A DNA stretch of 64,000 nucleotides from Octopus bimaculoides (taxonomy: Eukaryota), in NCBI RefSeq assembly GCF_001194135.2, contig NC_068981.1, forward strand, positions 84,066,108-84,130,107, given 5' to 3'. A program made the translations under genes and the position numbers. Positions 39,151 to 52,267 of this stretch are shown here, piece by piece (position 1 is the first letter of the stretch; each line of letters starts with the position of its first letter). The notes below the pieces were generated by a model. It saw only the letters and a list, made by a program, of their open reading frames with translations, had not been told where the DNA came from and did not search any database.

Positions 39151-40400
39151 TAACATACTTTTTTATTTCGTATGTGTATTTCGTGTGCAAGATTCTTGAT
39201 GTGGATACGTGTGTTGAAAGAAATACAATTAAACCTTGGGAGAGGCATTATGCCGGTAATAAACACACGCACTGGTTCAGTCCTTTATTAATTTATATAG
39301 TTTTTTGTTAAATTATTTCATTGCACTCTTGCAATCTCTTCAGTAACTTGTCTCTCCACTTCCATTTATTTTGAATATATGATCTGGCGTTGTTTTGGCG
39401 TTGTTTCGAAACTGTTTGGTATGAGCATGTGAGTGTGTGCAAGCTCGTATGTGTGCACGCNNNNNNNNNNNNNNNNNNNNNNNNNNNNNNNNNNNNNNNN
39501 NNNNNNNNNNNNNNNNNNNNNNNNNNNNNNNNNNNNNNNNNNNNNNNNNNNNNNNNNNNNNNNNNNNNNNNNNNNNNNNNNNNNNNNNNNNNNNNNNNNN
39601 NNNNNNNNNNNNNNNNNNNNNNNNNNNNNNNNNNNNNNNNNNNNNNNNNNNNNNNNNNNNNNNNNNNNNNNNNNNNNNNNNNNNNNNNNNNNNNNNNNNN
39701 NNNNNNNNNNNNNNNNNNNNNNNNNNNNNNNNNNNNNNNNNNNNNNNNNNNNNNNNNNNNNNNNNNNNNNNNNNNNNNNNNNNNNNNNNNNNNNNNNNNN
39801 NNNNNNNNNNNNNNNNNNNNNNNNNNNNNNNNNNNNNNNNNNNNNNNNNNNNNNNNNNNNNNNNNNNNNNNNNNNNNNNNNNNNNNNNNNNNNNNNNNNN
39901 NNNNNNNNNNNNNNNNNNNNNNNNNNNNNNNNNNNNNNNNNNNNNNNNNNNNNNNNNNNNNNNNNNNNNNNNNNNNNNNNNNNNNNNNNNNNNNNNNNNN
40001 NNNNNNNNNNNNNNGCCGTCTCACCTGTGTATGTGGTGTTTCTGTTTTTACACTCACCATCCATACAGCTTATTTTGTAGACTACATTTCTGGCTTTGCA
40101 GTTGGCACCAGGACTATTTTTGCACACAATGCAACTCTCCTCAACACACCTTGTTCTTCTGAAGGGATATGTTTTACATATTATTGATCTAATTGATCTC
40201 CCTGGTTTTTCTATAACATTTATCCTCAACTTGGTACTTTTGAGGATTTTTCGAAATCTGCGGGCCAGTTCTCCGTGTGGCGTGGCGTCCACAAACATTA
40301 CTCCCTGGAACTTGTCGGTATTGTACCACGTGGTCTTTTTGTTTGTTTTGTTACTAATCCTTTGTAGTCTATTCCACTGTTTGTTACGGTATCTTTTTTA
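39150..40400 (-). mobile_element. Penelope-like element 3' end (GIY-YIG endonuclease plus terminal region), with an N gap
   Basis: TTWYNTDKFQGVMFVDATPHGELARRF..IEKPGRSI..YPFRRTRCVEESCIVC..NCKARNVVYKISCMDGECKNRNTTYTGET: VVY/YTG variant of GIY-YIG with the PLE Cys-rich linker (Neptune-like layout). Confidence 0.85.
39307..39347 (-). ncRNA. Type I minimal hammerhead ribozyme motif in a PLE terminal region
   Basis: Minus strand GTTA-CTGAAGA-G-ATTGCA-AGAG-TGCAAT-GAAA-TAATT-TAAC: helix I GTTA/TAAC, 6-bp helix II, intact core boxes; helix III is imperfect. Confidence 0.65.
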
Positions 40401-40638
40401 ATTTATTAAGTAATAGAACGCAACGCACCCTGACTTCTAGTAGCAGTAAGTTGTGTGTGTGTGTGTTTGTGTGTGTGTCTGGGTGTGTGTGTTTGTGTCT
40501 CTCTACATACATATACGCACATAATAATTTATTATTATTTTGAAATTATTAACGATACTTTAATAATCAATAATAATAATAATATTGACGACAAGAGCAA
40601 CAACAACAATAACAACAACTATAATAATAATAATAATA

Positions 40639-40722
<84 letters not shown>

Positions 40723-41928
40723 ATTATTATTATTATTATTATCATTATTATTATTACTAGTTACTATTATTATTATTTCCATGCGTAATATATGTGTAAA
40801 AGTGTGTTTATATAAACGTATGCGTATGTAGGTGTGCATTTATGTGTATGCACGTTTCCATACGCACATTAGTTTGAATGTGTGTGTATTGTACGTGTGC
40901 ATGCGTCTTTTAAATAAATATGTATGTATATATAAATATGCCATACATAACATGTATCTCTCTTTTTCTCACATAGACTGAATAAATTGATTTTCTACCT
41001 CTGATTTTTGTTTTATGTGTAAATACACGGATGTTTGTATACATGCATATACATGTGTATATTCATGTACGTACAAATACGCATTAACAAACTTGCATAT
41101 ATGTGTGCGACTGAATTTGAGCAATCTTAACGGTTCGCATTTCGGCTATTTATTTATTTATTTATTTACTTATTTACGTATTTTCGTGTTTATTTATTTG
41201 TAATCTCTCATATTTTTATTTGTTATACTTGTTCAGTCTGCTTTGCTTGGTTCATTATTTTCCCACAGTAACGTCTATTCACAATGTTACCCATCCCTAC
41301 CCAGCCATCTTTAATCTTATAAACTTCCAACTCGTTTCCTTCATCCTCACCCTTACCTCCTTCTTTCCAGATTCTTTCATTAGAGTCATTACAACGGGTT
41401 GATGTTAAATCACATCAACAAAGATTCATGACATTAAAGGCCAGCTTATACAAAAGCCAGCTCGATTCCGATCTTGTTCTATCATACCGTCATTGCCCCA
41501 GTGATGATCGTATGGTTTGAAATATAAGATGGCGTCCGGGTTGTTTTCTTCCTACCCACATCTAACACAGTATCGTCGTTCTTTTCTTCTTCCTTTTATT
41601 TGAGATCAATTTTTCTTTGAGGCCATTTAACCTCATCTCCCAGTCAATTCATTACTCATTTGTCTGTCCGACTCTGTTTCTTTTCGTTTTTCTTTCTTTC
41701 ACTGCATATCTATCTATAAGTATGTCTGCCTGCAACTATATCTGTCTATATCTACCCATCTCTCGTCCTCTATTACCTTCTCTCCCTCCTACCCACATTC
41801 TCTTCTACACTCTTCCTTCCTCTACACATACATACATGTATATGTATGCATATATGTGTGTGTGTAAAACGACTTACGCAGATACATACATGCACGCTCA
41901 CACACACACTTGCATGTATATACATGAA

Positions 41929-41960
<32 letters not shown>

Positions 41961-42745
41961 CATAAACACGCGTACACACGCGTTCACCACAACCGCACAC
42001 ACATACACAGACGCACGCGCGTGTATATGTGTGTCTCTTATCTACTTTTCTCTGTATACACGTATGCAATGTATCTATCTATTTATCTATCTGATCGTCT
42101 GTTTGTCTTTCTGTGTAAGTGTACTTGTACGTATATGAGTATGTGTCTCTATGCTTGTCTTCCCTACCTATTCAATTGAAGTCCTATATCTTTCATTACG
42201 TCCCTATTGCATTCATATCGCTTTACTTTCTTGGCTTTGAAAATGTCACTCGCATATTTACTTTGTCACTCTCTTACATATTTTCTCTCACTTTTTGCAT
42301 TAGCTCAAATATATACCCTGCTTCAATTATTGATGTGCATANNNNNNNNNNNNNNNNNNNNNNNNNNNNNNNNNNNNNNNNNNNNNNNNNNNNNNNNNNN
42401 NNNNNNNNNNNNNNNNNNNNNNNNNNNNNNNNNNNNNNNNNNNNNNNNNNNNNNNNNNNNNNNNNNNNNNNNNNNNNNNNNNNNNNNNNNNNNNNNNNNN
42501 NNNNNNNNNNNNNNNNNNNNNNNNNNNNNNNNNNNNNNNNNNNNNNNNNNNNNNNNNNNNNNNNNNNNNNNNNNNNNNNNNNNNNNNNNNNNNNNNNNNN
42601 NNNNNNNNNNNNNNNNNNNNNNNNNNNNNNNNNNNNNNNNNNNNNNNNNNNNNNNNNNNNNNNNNNNNNNNNNNNNNNNNNNNNNNNNNNNNNNNNNNNN
42701 NNNNNNNNNNNNNNNNNNNNNNNNNNNNNNNNNNNNNNNNNNNNN

Positions 42746-42819
<74 letters not shown>

Positions 42820-42839
42820 ATTATTATTATTATTATTAC

Positions 42840-42885
<46 letters not shown>

Positions 42886-42980
42886 TCTCCCTTAGTATTG
42901 CTCGATTATTTTTTTAATACACAAAAACAAAGATATAATAGCAATAATATTAATAATAAATAATAAAAATGATAACGATG

Positions 42981-43025
<45 letters not shown>

Positions 43026-44199
43026 TCAATATAATCATACACACCATCAAGCCAAAGAACAAACCAATAAAGGCATCAGGAACCAGTAACACCAAGTGAA
43101 CAACAAAGCAACAAACGAGATTGAAATGTGAAGTGTAGAAGAGATGAAAGCATCAACATTTCATCCTTGATTTGTTAGTGCTAAGCAAACAACAAACTTT
43201 TCGCCTTCTCTCTTATCAATCAGTGCAGAGAAAATTCTCAGGATATTCTGAACATTAAGCAGAAGCAAGATGGAAATTGGCTCATAGAAAGCAGAAATTC
43301 TGCGAAACACGTCAAGAATGACGACTGACTGTATGTGTATGTATGAGTGTATTTGTATGAATATGTATTTTCCCTCTCTTTCTCTCTCTCGCGCGCGCTA
43401 TCTGTCTGAGTCTTTCTGTATGTGTATGTGAATTATTTCGGTTTTAAATATGTGTATGTATTCTTGTATTTTCTTATATGTTAACTCGGCGAGTATGCAC
43501 ATGTGTCGATGAGTTTACTGGTTTATATGTAGAATTATTAATATAATTTTTTTATATGTGTTAAGTTAAATCGAGTATATGTCTGTAAGTGGTTATGTTT
43601 ATGTACATGAAAACGTATATACATACGTGTGTGTAACTGTGTGTATTATTTGGTTTGTTGAATCTATGTATATTTAGATTCAGCAGTAAGTTTATATGGC
43701 AATTATTGTTATATACAAACGTGTGCATATATGAGTGTATTTAAGTTCGTGTGTATGAATATATACGTACATATACATGAACATATATACATGGACACAT
43801 ATGCATATGTATATATATTTATGTGTGTGTGTGTGCGTCTGTGTGTGTGTGTGTATACACTTGTTTATATATATATACATATGCATACAGGCATTCATAC
43901 ACACATACATACATGCACACGTACATACATCCATCCATCCATCCATACATACATACATACATACATACATACATACATCTCTATAAACAAAAACGAAAAC
44001 GTGAACGATATGAGACCACTACGTGGTTTCACAGTTAGCAACATTCCAACAGATTCTATATAGTGCCAATCAGCCAAACTACATTACTGGCTCAAGTAAC
44101 TGACCACTGTACCCTACTACGATTACGATAAATAGCAGGCACAACCGCAACGATTATTGTAGACTACTACAATAATCGTTGCGGTGGTAGTCAGGATTA

Positions 44200-45695
44200 T
44201 ATGCCAATGAAATGTGCCCTTACTGAAATTTTCCGAGAAAAAATAACTTTGGCTTTGAAGGATTCTCTCGAGGAGAGAGTATTTTCTATCGAAGTAAGTA
44301 AAAAAAACCACCAGACACGGTATTAACAGCTGTTAACGAAATTGGTGATGAGTATTTCCAACAGTGTGGGGAATCCACATAGTGGCAGATTAACACCTGT
44401 CTATATGCTCTGGCTACTACTGTAAGGCAGTACATGAATGATATTCAAAATGTAAAGAAAACCGAAATAACAAAGTAAGTATATTCATGGGTTTTGAAGA
44501 CAGAGAAAAAGATAACTGGTTTACGGAAGACCATCAATCATGTAATGATGCTTATTGCATGCAAACAAACAAATCGCTATACGTCCCACCAGCAAAAAAT
44601 AAAGAAGGAGACAGAAATGATGTTTAGAGACAGTAAAAAGAGCACACTCACTTGCAAACTGTTTACCCTCGGGCATGAGCTAAAAGCTGTCAGTGAAAAA
44701 CTCTGACATTAGAAGAGAATAATCAAGAAAAGAACAACAAACAAAAAATTTAACCGCAACCAGACAGCAGCATACAGAGACATGAGAGGAGGTTCAATAA
44801 ACATCACAGAAGCTCCTTCACGAGAAGACATAGATTCCTTCTGGACGAAAATCTGCGGTGAAGAGAAGGAAATTAACCAAGACGCTCTGTGGCTGGAAGA
44901 AATCTGAAAAAGCTATTGCTCTTGCATTACATCCAAGACATACAACATTGATGGTGAAACTCTTGCAACTGTGTTCCAGAAACTCAAGAAAGAAAAAGCA
45001 CCTGGAAGAGACTTGATTGTTGGATATTGGTACAAGAAGCTAACATTCTACCGACCATATCTTATCAATCTGTACCAGCAAGCTTTTATTGGGAACAGTA
45101 TCATACCACACTAGTTACCGCTGGCAGAGACAAAACCTATCCCCCAATGCAAGAACAACCACATGGCAAAAGACTTCATGCCAATTGCATGCTATAACAT
45201 GATGTATAAAATATATACAGCATGTTTAAGCCTCTTCCTCCAGGACCATTGTGAAACCAAGAACATCATCACAGCAGAACAAGCAACTGGGAAGAAGGAA
45301 GTCTGGAGATGTGCCGAGCAATTGTTAATCAACAAAACTGTGATGTTAGAGGTGCGAGAGCATCGGAGGAACCTAGTTTCAATGTGGCTAGATTACAAGA
45401 AAGCCGTTGACTCTGTTCCACACTCATGGATGCTAGAAACCCTTCAACTTGCTTAAGTTCCAATAAGAATAGTCAAAGCCATAGCTGACCTAACTTCATC
45501 GTGGGACACCATCTTGAAATAAACACAAAGCGTGAATGTATTATTACCGATAGAATACAGTATCGCAAACGCATATTCCAAGAGGACAGCCTCTCTGTGA
45601 TGTTTATACTTTCTGTAAACCCCTTGTCATTCATGTTAAGGAAGTATGAAGGATATCTCACTGGTCCACAAGGAAACAGAAATACCTCTATGTAG
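44200..45695 (+). mobile_element. R4/Dong-clade non-LTR retrotransposon, N-terminal region and RT, decayed
   Basis: KEKAPGRDLIVGYWYKKL, KDFMPIACYNMMYKIYT, EQATGKK..EQLLINK, WLDYKKAVDSVPHSW, RIFQEDSLS match the R4/Dong RT pattern (KAPG, RPI, EQ, DYKKAFDSVPH, QGDSLS); stops and frameshifts; ends before the YxDD motif. Confidence 0.85.
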
Positions 45696-45823
45696 GTTTA
45701 TTTTTAAAGTAATAAACGTCCTGACTCAGAGGACCAATTATAAACACAGTTTGAAGAGTAAATTTGCAACTAACTTTCAATACTCGTAAAAAAGGTTTCC
45801 TCAGCTAATGGGAGACATCATTT

Positions 45824-46041
45824 AATATTGGTTTCAAATTTTAGCACAAAGCCAGCAATTCTAGGGGAGGAGTAAGTCGATTATATTGATCCCAGGGGTC
45901 AACTGGTACTTATTTTATCGACCCCGACAGGATAAAAGCCAAAGTCGATCTCGGCGGAATTTGACCTCTGAACGTAAATACGGAAGAAATGCTGCCAAGC
46001 ATTTTTCCCGACGTGCTAACGATTCCGCCAGCTTGCCACCT
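45824..46041 (-). mobile_element. SINE family C
   Basis: Reverse complement aggtggcaagctggcggaatcgttagcacgtcggg...caaattccgccgagatcgacttt. Confidence 0.85.
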
Positions 46042-47218
46042 GAAAGAGATATCACTTCATATTAAATTGGCTACTTTGTTAATATCGAATTTTGTAATTA
46101 TCTCTAACGCAGGCTGTTCAATAAGAACAACAATTAGAGGAGCAGAATGAAACGGAATAATAAACGCATGGCAACATCCATAAATGCAATAACAGAACTT
46201 TAAGCTTCCCTTACAGCAAAATGTCTTGCCGCACTTGCTTCATCGCTTTACATTCAGAGTTCAATTCCTGATGAGGTCAAATTTGATTTAGCTCCAATTG
46301 AAGTCGATTAGATGGGGTTCCAGCCAAACGCTGAACTTCATGGGATTGACCAAATACCTCCTAAAAATTGTTGGCTTTATAGCTAAAACATTATTCAGGT
46401 AGCATTTAACCAGCGGAATGGGAAGAGTACTCACGTTATTCTCACTATTCTGTTGGGCCACCATTTTTTGTTTAAATAACGATTGGATCGATCAATCTAT
46501 ACAGCGCCTTCCTACTAATTGTAAGGGATTTCGTAATAACGTGTAATAACGTGTGAAATCATCTTTTAACTAAAATTAATTCGATTCTTATGCTCATTTT
46601 GTTAGTTATTGATCTGTACAAATACTTGTGGTTACAGGCACACACACACAGACACACACACACACACATCTATTTAAATATATGAAAGGGTCATACCAAA
46701 CACTGGTGCATTGGTGCCGTAATAGACTTATGTTATCATAATCATTATTTTCACTCTGTGAATGTCATGAGTTCTTCCCTCGCAACATCACATTAATGCA
46801 GTTACATCGTTTATTTAACCGTGTATCATGCTTCCTGACCTTGTCACATTGATTCTCTCGACACAGAATCTTCGTTGTTTGACATGGTTATAATAATGAT
46901 AATGATTTATTTTGAGACGGTGATTTTGTAGCAGTGCGCAAGTTTGTGTGTGTGCGTGCGTGCGTGCATACTTGCATCAATGTGTGTGTGTACGTTTGTG
47001 TGTGACTGTGTATGTGTGTGTTTCGATGCGTGCATTATATGCATGTGTATATAAAATTCACGATTCTACATGTATGTATATATAAATATACACGCTTATA
47101 CAATCACCTATTCACACTCATATAAACACACATACATATATATCTTAAGTAATTTTGAATTTTGTTCCATGTCTTCATACCCGTACGGTCTTTAAATATA
47201 TATGTGTGTATGTATATG

Positions 47219-47253
<35 letters not shown>

Positions 47254-48819
47254 TTATTTATTTATTTATTTATATGTATATATATAATATGCATATATTA
47301 GTTTCTATGTTTGCAAGAATGTAAATTGTTCTTTTTTAACATTCTGACATTCTCCACTATCGTGTACACATTTCACAATATGTGACGTTCTACTGTGCTG
47401 CGAAATCCGAGACCATGGTGACGCGGTACCGAAGTAGTAGGAAAATGTTATAACGTATGTATATACTACTATATATATATATATATCTCAATGTTTGATA
47501 AGTTATGTGCCGCTTAAAGACAGTGTGATATAGTGTGTGATATGAGAGCATATGTGACTATATGACAGTGTAATTTGAGTGACTATGCAGTTGTATATCA
47601 AGGCGATTCAGCATGAAAATGGAAAGATGTGTGCAGCAAGCAGCGGATGGCGGGAGTGGTGATTGTTGCAACCATTTCACGGCCGGACGATTGCAGATCC
47701 AAATCATTTCCAGACGTCAACACGGTAAACGCAAGATTTCCTTGCTTCATGAGCGTTTCACATTTATTCTCATTATCCGATCCAACAGTGTTTCTAATTC
47801 TGCTACGGGACTTTTGTTTTTTTTTTGTTTCTTTGTTTGTCTCTTATTTTGTTACTTTATTCCCGGTGACTTGATTGGATATAATGTAAACGTAGAGATT
47901 GTTAGGTTGGTGACGTGGTTGATTGGTGGTGTATTTGTTGATGGGTGGTAATTGATGTTCTGTGTGTTGTTGTTGTTGTTGTTGTTGTTGTTGTGGTGGT
48001 GGTGGTGGTGGTGGTGTTAGTAATATGTTATAGGTAGCGGCGCTGATGTCGGTGGTTTAGGTGGAAAATAGCAATGGCGGTGTTTATCGTGATGGTGGTG
48101 GAGGTTATATTAATGTTGATAGTCGTAGTTTGTTGTCATAAGGATAGTAAATGCTGCTATCATGGTGGTGGCGGTGGTGTGTTGTTGGTGGTGGAGTTGT
48201 TGTCGATGGTGGTGGTGGTGGTAGTGGTGGTAAAGATAATTACAATGGTAGCAATGGCAGTGATATTAATGGTGACGTTACTATTAGAAATGATAAGGGC
48301 GCTCATGCTGGATTTGTTAAGATATTGTAGTTGTTATCATGTTTGTATCGAACGGTGAATGGGAGAATCATTAGAGCACTGGAGACATGTTTTGCAGCAA
48401 TTCTTCAAGTTTTTTTTTAAGATTTGACTTCAAATCTTACAGAAGTGAACATTGCCTACATCCCTTATAGATCGATAAACAATGTACTATTTAAGTATTT
48501 TATTAAGTGTTAGGGGTCAATGGTATGAACAAAATCACTTCTCTCAAAATTGTTATGCTTGAATCAGAAAACATTATTATAGTTTTGTAGGGTGTCAGGC
48601 TGACAGAATCAATAGGGCATTAAAAAACTTGTTTTAAGGTATTTGTTCTACTCATTACGTCGTTCTGAGTTCAGACCCTGTCGAGGTAAACTTATCCGTT
48701 CCATTCTCTCTAGGTTGATAAATAACTTACTAGTCCAGTATAGGGTTGGTTTCATTGACTGAACACTCCCCTCAATTATCTAACTTGTACTTTAGATTAT
48801 ATAAATCACTAGTATTTCA

Positions 48820-48991
48820 GAATCGTTAGAATACCGGAGGAAATGTATAGAGGCATACGGTTTGAGTTCAAATTCCGCCGAGGTCGACTTTGCTTTCATC
48901 CTTTCGGGGTCGATAAAATAAGTACCAGTTGTGCACTGATATCGGTGTAATCGATTTCCCTATCCATCAAAATTGCTGGCCTGGTACTAAA

Positions 48992-48995
<4 letters not shown>
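48820..48995 (+). mobile_element. SINE family C (a more diverged copy lies at about 48590-48800)
   Basis: tttgagttcaaattccgccgaggtcgactttgctttcatcctttcggggtcgataaaataagtaccag. Confidence 0.85.
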
Positions 48996-49048
<53 letters not shown>

Positions 49049-49072
49049 AATAATAATTTTATTATTATCATA

Positions 49073-49133
<61 letters not shown>

Positions 49134-50398
49134 TTGTTGATGTTATTTTTACTCTTGTTGTTATTAAGCCCATTTTAGCACTGTTTGAGAAAATCTGTGC
49201 TAAAAAATAGCTGCTGCGAACATCCACGCTTTTTGTAATATCGATTACAACTGCTAAGTTCCTGAGGCGTAAACAAAGCAACACTGGTTGTGAAACGGTG
49301 GAAGATAAATGGATATACACACGCATATATACCTATATATGTGTGCGTGTGAGCGTGTGTGTAAATGAGTGAATGCATGAATGGAAGGAAGGAACGAACG
49401 AACGAACAAACGAACGAACGAAGTAAGGATGGATGGATGGATGGATGGATGGATTTTCACGCTGTTTTCCATCTACCACATCCTCTCGAAATGCACTGCG
49501 CAGTCGTGGGTATAATAAGGAAAGTGTCCAAAATGATGTGCTATAGGACTGCATCCGAAATCCCATCATAGCGAGGCATGATCGCCTCTACGTTCTGATG
49601 AGTTGGTGATGTATTTACTGACTGTAATATTTTCAATACAGTTTCATAGACTATCCCGCTTGATACTGAGATAAGAATTACATTGAAATATCGTTATAGA
49701 TTCGAAGTTTCATTTCTGCTTCCTATGGCATTATTTACAAATTTTTGTTTGTTATTCAGGCATGGAATCATAACTAATAAATATGCAAAGCAGGAATGTT
49801 TAAGTGTTCATATATCTTGCTTAAGAATATATATATATATTGTGAAAGTTTTTCGCCATGAACGGTTTGTATTTTTTAAACCGAATGTAGTTTTTCTGGT
49901 GTTATATTTATTCCTGAAGATGTGTAAAGAAATTTTGATTTATTAAGTCTCTTAATGAATTCCTTATACTGAAATATATATTGAAGAAGATAGATATGTT
50001 CATTTGAATATATACGTTTTTGCGTCGTAATTCCTTTATTATTATTAATATAACCAAAAGGATCGATTCTTGAAGAGTCTACATATCTTCACTATCGTTT
50101 TTTTCTGCTATTTTAGTGATGATTTTTTGAGTTAGCTTACCAATTATTTTTCTTGGTAGTTAGTTTATAATATATATATATATATATATATATAAAACAC
50201 TGACTTCTTTGATATGTACAAGGATTATTGTTTTGGAAAAGAGAATGGTCGTTTATATCGCTTTCCTTATCTTAGCATTTAACTAGTGTTATATTTTATC
50301 GAATATGAAAGACAAATTTAACTCTAATAGGATTTGAATACAGGTCGTAAAAGATAGTATGAATGATATAAACGACTGTTTTTTTTTTCTTTTTATAC

Positions 50399-50587
50399 AT
50401 GAATATTAATTCGATTTCAAGAGAATTGGTAGTGGATTATCTATCACATCGGCCACACCAATTCACTGATAGTCTCTTTTCACTAGTTTGGAAATCCCTT
50501 CCTAAGAATTTGAACACAGATCAAAAAAGTCTGAAAACGAGGTTATTGATTCAAGTAGAAGGGGAAGGAATAAATTTATTATCATAA
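50399..50587 (+). other. Short ORF (62 aa) beginning with a BH4-like motif; coding status unproven
   Basis: RELVVDYLSHR versus Bcl-xL RELVVDFLSYK (8/11 identical, the rest conservative), close to the start Met; no BH3/BH1/BH2 in this ORF. Confidence 0.3.
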
Positions 50588-50990
50588 GTAAAAGTATATT
50601 ATAAATATATATGGCAGTGTATAATTATATAAAAAATATCATAATGTATTTGGAATTAGTTTTATTAGTGTTTCTATAAGTATATACACTTCAAACTGAT
50701 TTTAATCTCGTGAATATCATTCACTAAGTCTAGTAGCTCTAGGAATTTACACAGAATTATATCTACTACATATATATATGCATGTATTGTATGTTTGTGT
50801 GCAAGGGTGTATGTGTGTATAGAGATTCGACACGCTGTAACTCAGTGGATATTTTCAAGTATTTTCGATTTTAATCATAATACACATCTTATTAAAAATT
50901 CCTGATCTCTTAATGCGTAATACATTTACTGCGTTCTCGCTCACCCTTCTTTTTCTTTTCCTACTTCTCTCTTTCTCTTTATTACACACA

Positions 50991-51044
<54 letters not shown>

Positions 51045-51935
51045 GACTATTTCTCTTACTCTGTACGCGTGTGAGTGCATATACATACATGCACACATAT
51101 AACCGATACACATCTTGCTTGTTTGTATCTGTATATATATACGTGTGTATGTGTGAGTGTGTGTGCATATACCTGTGTGCATACACATACATATACGGTG
51201 AGAGAGAAGGAGAAGGGAGAGGAAGAAAGAGAGAGCAACAGAGAGGAACAGAGAGACGCTACATGTGTGCTTTATGTTTATGGTTAATGTTTTAATCATA
51301 ATAAAACTTAAAAACAGTAAGGGGCCACTTAATTACTTCTGTTTCTGTAGCAAAGTGTTATAAGAATTAATGAAGTAGATTTTAGATTTATCATTTATTT
51401 ACCAATAAACTCAACATTTTAGGAAATCGCAGATTTCGCGTAGCTGTTTAAGAGAGCTGTGGACGTTAGTTTCTCCTTGAGACACATGTTTGCTCAATTT
51501 TCTCTATTCACTCTTCACGACTTTACTTTAAATTCCAAATCTGTTTTTCATAATGGTACTGAGCTGTTTTTCTTTAAGTCTTGTATCTAACAGTAGATAG
51601 TATTTAGAATCTGGCAAAATCGTGTTCTAGTGTTAGTAATCAATTATTTGGATACAATATACATTGATGACAATCGTTCCATTGAGTTATAGAGGTATCG
51701 TAAGATCACAATCGTATTTCTCTCAACATTTGATGTAATAATATAAATGTTTGAAAAAGAAACTTTGAGACATGCAGGTTAAGAGTTAAATACGATTAGT
51801 ATTGTGATACGAGTAAATGAAAGCAAAATGACAAGAAATTTTATTACCTAAGGTAGGTTACTGAACCTATTATATTTCGGGAAAAAGTCCGCTTTTCAAA
51901 TAGAAAAAAGAAAATAGCCTAGAACATTGGAGAAA

Positions 51936-51995
51936 TATGTGGTTAAGAGCGCAGGCTACTAACCCCAAGATTCCGAGTTCGATTCCAAGCAGTGA

Positions 51996-52082
<87 letters not shown>

Positions 52083-52232
52083 NNNNNNNNNNTAAAAAAT
52101 ACCTTAGGAATGAGAAACCAGGTTCGAAATTTCCCTAAGACACCTGATGAAGGCTGGAGGGTATATCAGCCGAAATGTTGAGTTAACAATAAACAAGATG
52201 AGGACAAATATCCGTCAAATGTAAATAATGTA
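51936..52232 (+). mobile_element. tRNA-headed repeat + (AAT)n + hammerhead-containing tail
   Basis: tRNA-like head (gtggttaagagcgc...GTTCGATTCC B box at 51977-51986), (AAT)n at 52000-52082, 10-N gap, then a tail shared with 12077-12175. Confidence 0.7.
52139..52184 (+). ncRNA. Type I hammerhead ribozyme motif (slightly mutated copy)
   Basis: GACAC-CTGATGA-A-GGCTG-gagggtatat-CAGCC-GAAA-TGTT-GAGTT; the sister copy reads GAAACGTT-GTGTT, restoring palindromic helix III (ACGT) and helix I GACAC/GTGTT. Confidence 0.75.
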
Positions 52233-52267
52233 TGTGGTTACATTTTAATTATTTTCTTTCTTCTATT

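Noticed and set aside
43060-43340. Possible minus-strand first exon starting at an Inr-like TCAGTC
   Set aside because: No clear donor or ORF; needs TSS data.
47613-47951. GC-richer unique stretch with overlapping short ORFs
   Set aside because: No recognisable domain or convincing splice sites in any frame.
49595-49601. Other CTGATGA hits (here and 63539-63545) as hammerheads
   Set aside because: No helix II followed by GAAA.
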